Part shown: one piece after another, positions 63,622-64,000 of the stretch
Layout: every line of letters starts with the position of its first letter
Numbering within the stretch: position 1 is the stretch's first letter
DNA from: an uncultured delta proteobacterium
GTDB taxonomy: Bacteria > Desulfobacterota > Binatia > Binatales > Binataceae
NCBI GenBank assembly: GCA_963724765.1
Contig: CAVRVY010000004.1
Location: 320,001 to 384,000 of the forward strand
Length of the DNA: 64,000 nucleotides
Direction: 5' to 3'
Made by a program: the position numbers and the translations under genes
Notes under the pieces: generated by a model
What the model was told of the DNA's origin: nothing
Seen by the model: the letters and a program-made list of their open reading frames with translations, nothing else
Database searches by the model: none

Positions 63622-64000
63622 ATGCGAATACCTACACCTAAGCCAGAGGCGGGGCGGCGCGTGCGCGCATCTGAGCCCGAGCCGGGCCGGCTAGTGCGCG
63701 GCTGGCGCTTCGTCAGCGTCGCCTGGGTCGCGGCGAATATCTATACGGGCTACAAATCCATCCAGGTCTGGTCGCGGATCGTGGGCGATGCTCACAAGGA
63801 GGAGCGCTATCGGCGCCAGGACGCCCGCGCTGCGCGCCTGCTCTACCGTTCGGCGGTGCGACTGCAGGGGATGCTCATCAAGGCCTGCCAGTTCATCGCC
63901 ACGCGCGCCGACGTTCTGCCCGACGCATGGGTCAGCACGCTTTCCGGCCTGCACGACCGCGTGCCGCCGCGCCCCTTCGCGGTGATCCGCGAGCGCGTCG
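63622..64000 (+). CDS. ABC1/AarF/UbiB family kinase (3' end outside window)
   Basis: Manual translation: LQGMLIKACQFIATRADVLPDAWVSTLSGLHDRVPP; start at ATG 63622 or GTG 63661. Confidence 0.8.
   Translation, partial: MRIPTPKPEAGRRVRASEPEPGRLVRGWRFVSVAWVAANIYTGYKSIQVWSRIVGDAHKEERYRRQDARAARLLYRSAVRLQGMLIKACQFIATRADVLPDAWVSTLSGLHDRVPPRPFAVIRERV

Overview
High-GC bacterial chromosomal segment of mostly housekeeping and metabolic genes. The gene mix (DUF1329 and MMPL proteins, several crotonases and acyl-CoA dehydrogenases, an LLM enzyme, a Crp paralogue, alaC-hom-thrC-apgM-glpX) suggests a Deltaproteobacteria-related soil lineage such as Ca. Binatota; this is inference only. In order: partial NrtR, a HCYCGC protein, DedA, a sensor kinase with a sigma54 activator, mlaEFD, a doubly frameshifted AbrB/RelE-like toxin-antitoxin pair, E. 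coli-type frdABCD, two tandem lipoprotein genes (Pro/Thr stalk + Ig-like repeats + DUF3494 ice-binding domain), Crp, tyrS, ctaAB, MMPL, fadD, greA, hbd, an FTR1 permease with a Fur-type box, queA-tgt-yajC-secD without secF, an isobutyryl-CoA-mutase-type acyl-CoA cluster, the threonine operon, an MFS transporter and a partial ABC1 kinase. The strongest hunt signal is that both ice-binding genes carry the same duplicated upstream module: an 18-bp enhancer-like palindrome, a GG-N10-GC sigma54 promoter and a conserved leader hairpin. Secondary signals are tandem repeats that create chains of stop/start-overlapping micro-ORFs, a possible programmed frameshift in the antitoxin, and a Xer/dif-like site at the secD end. 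I recognised no rRNA, tRNA, CRISPR array or transposase.
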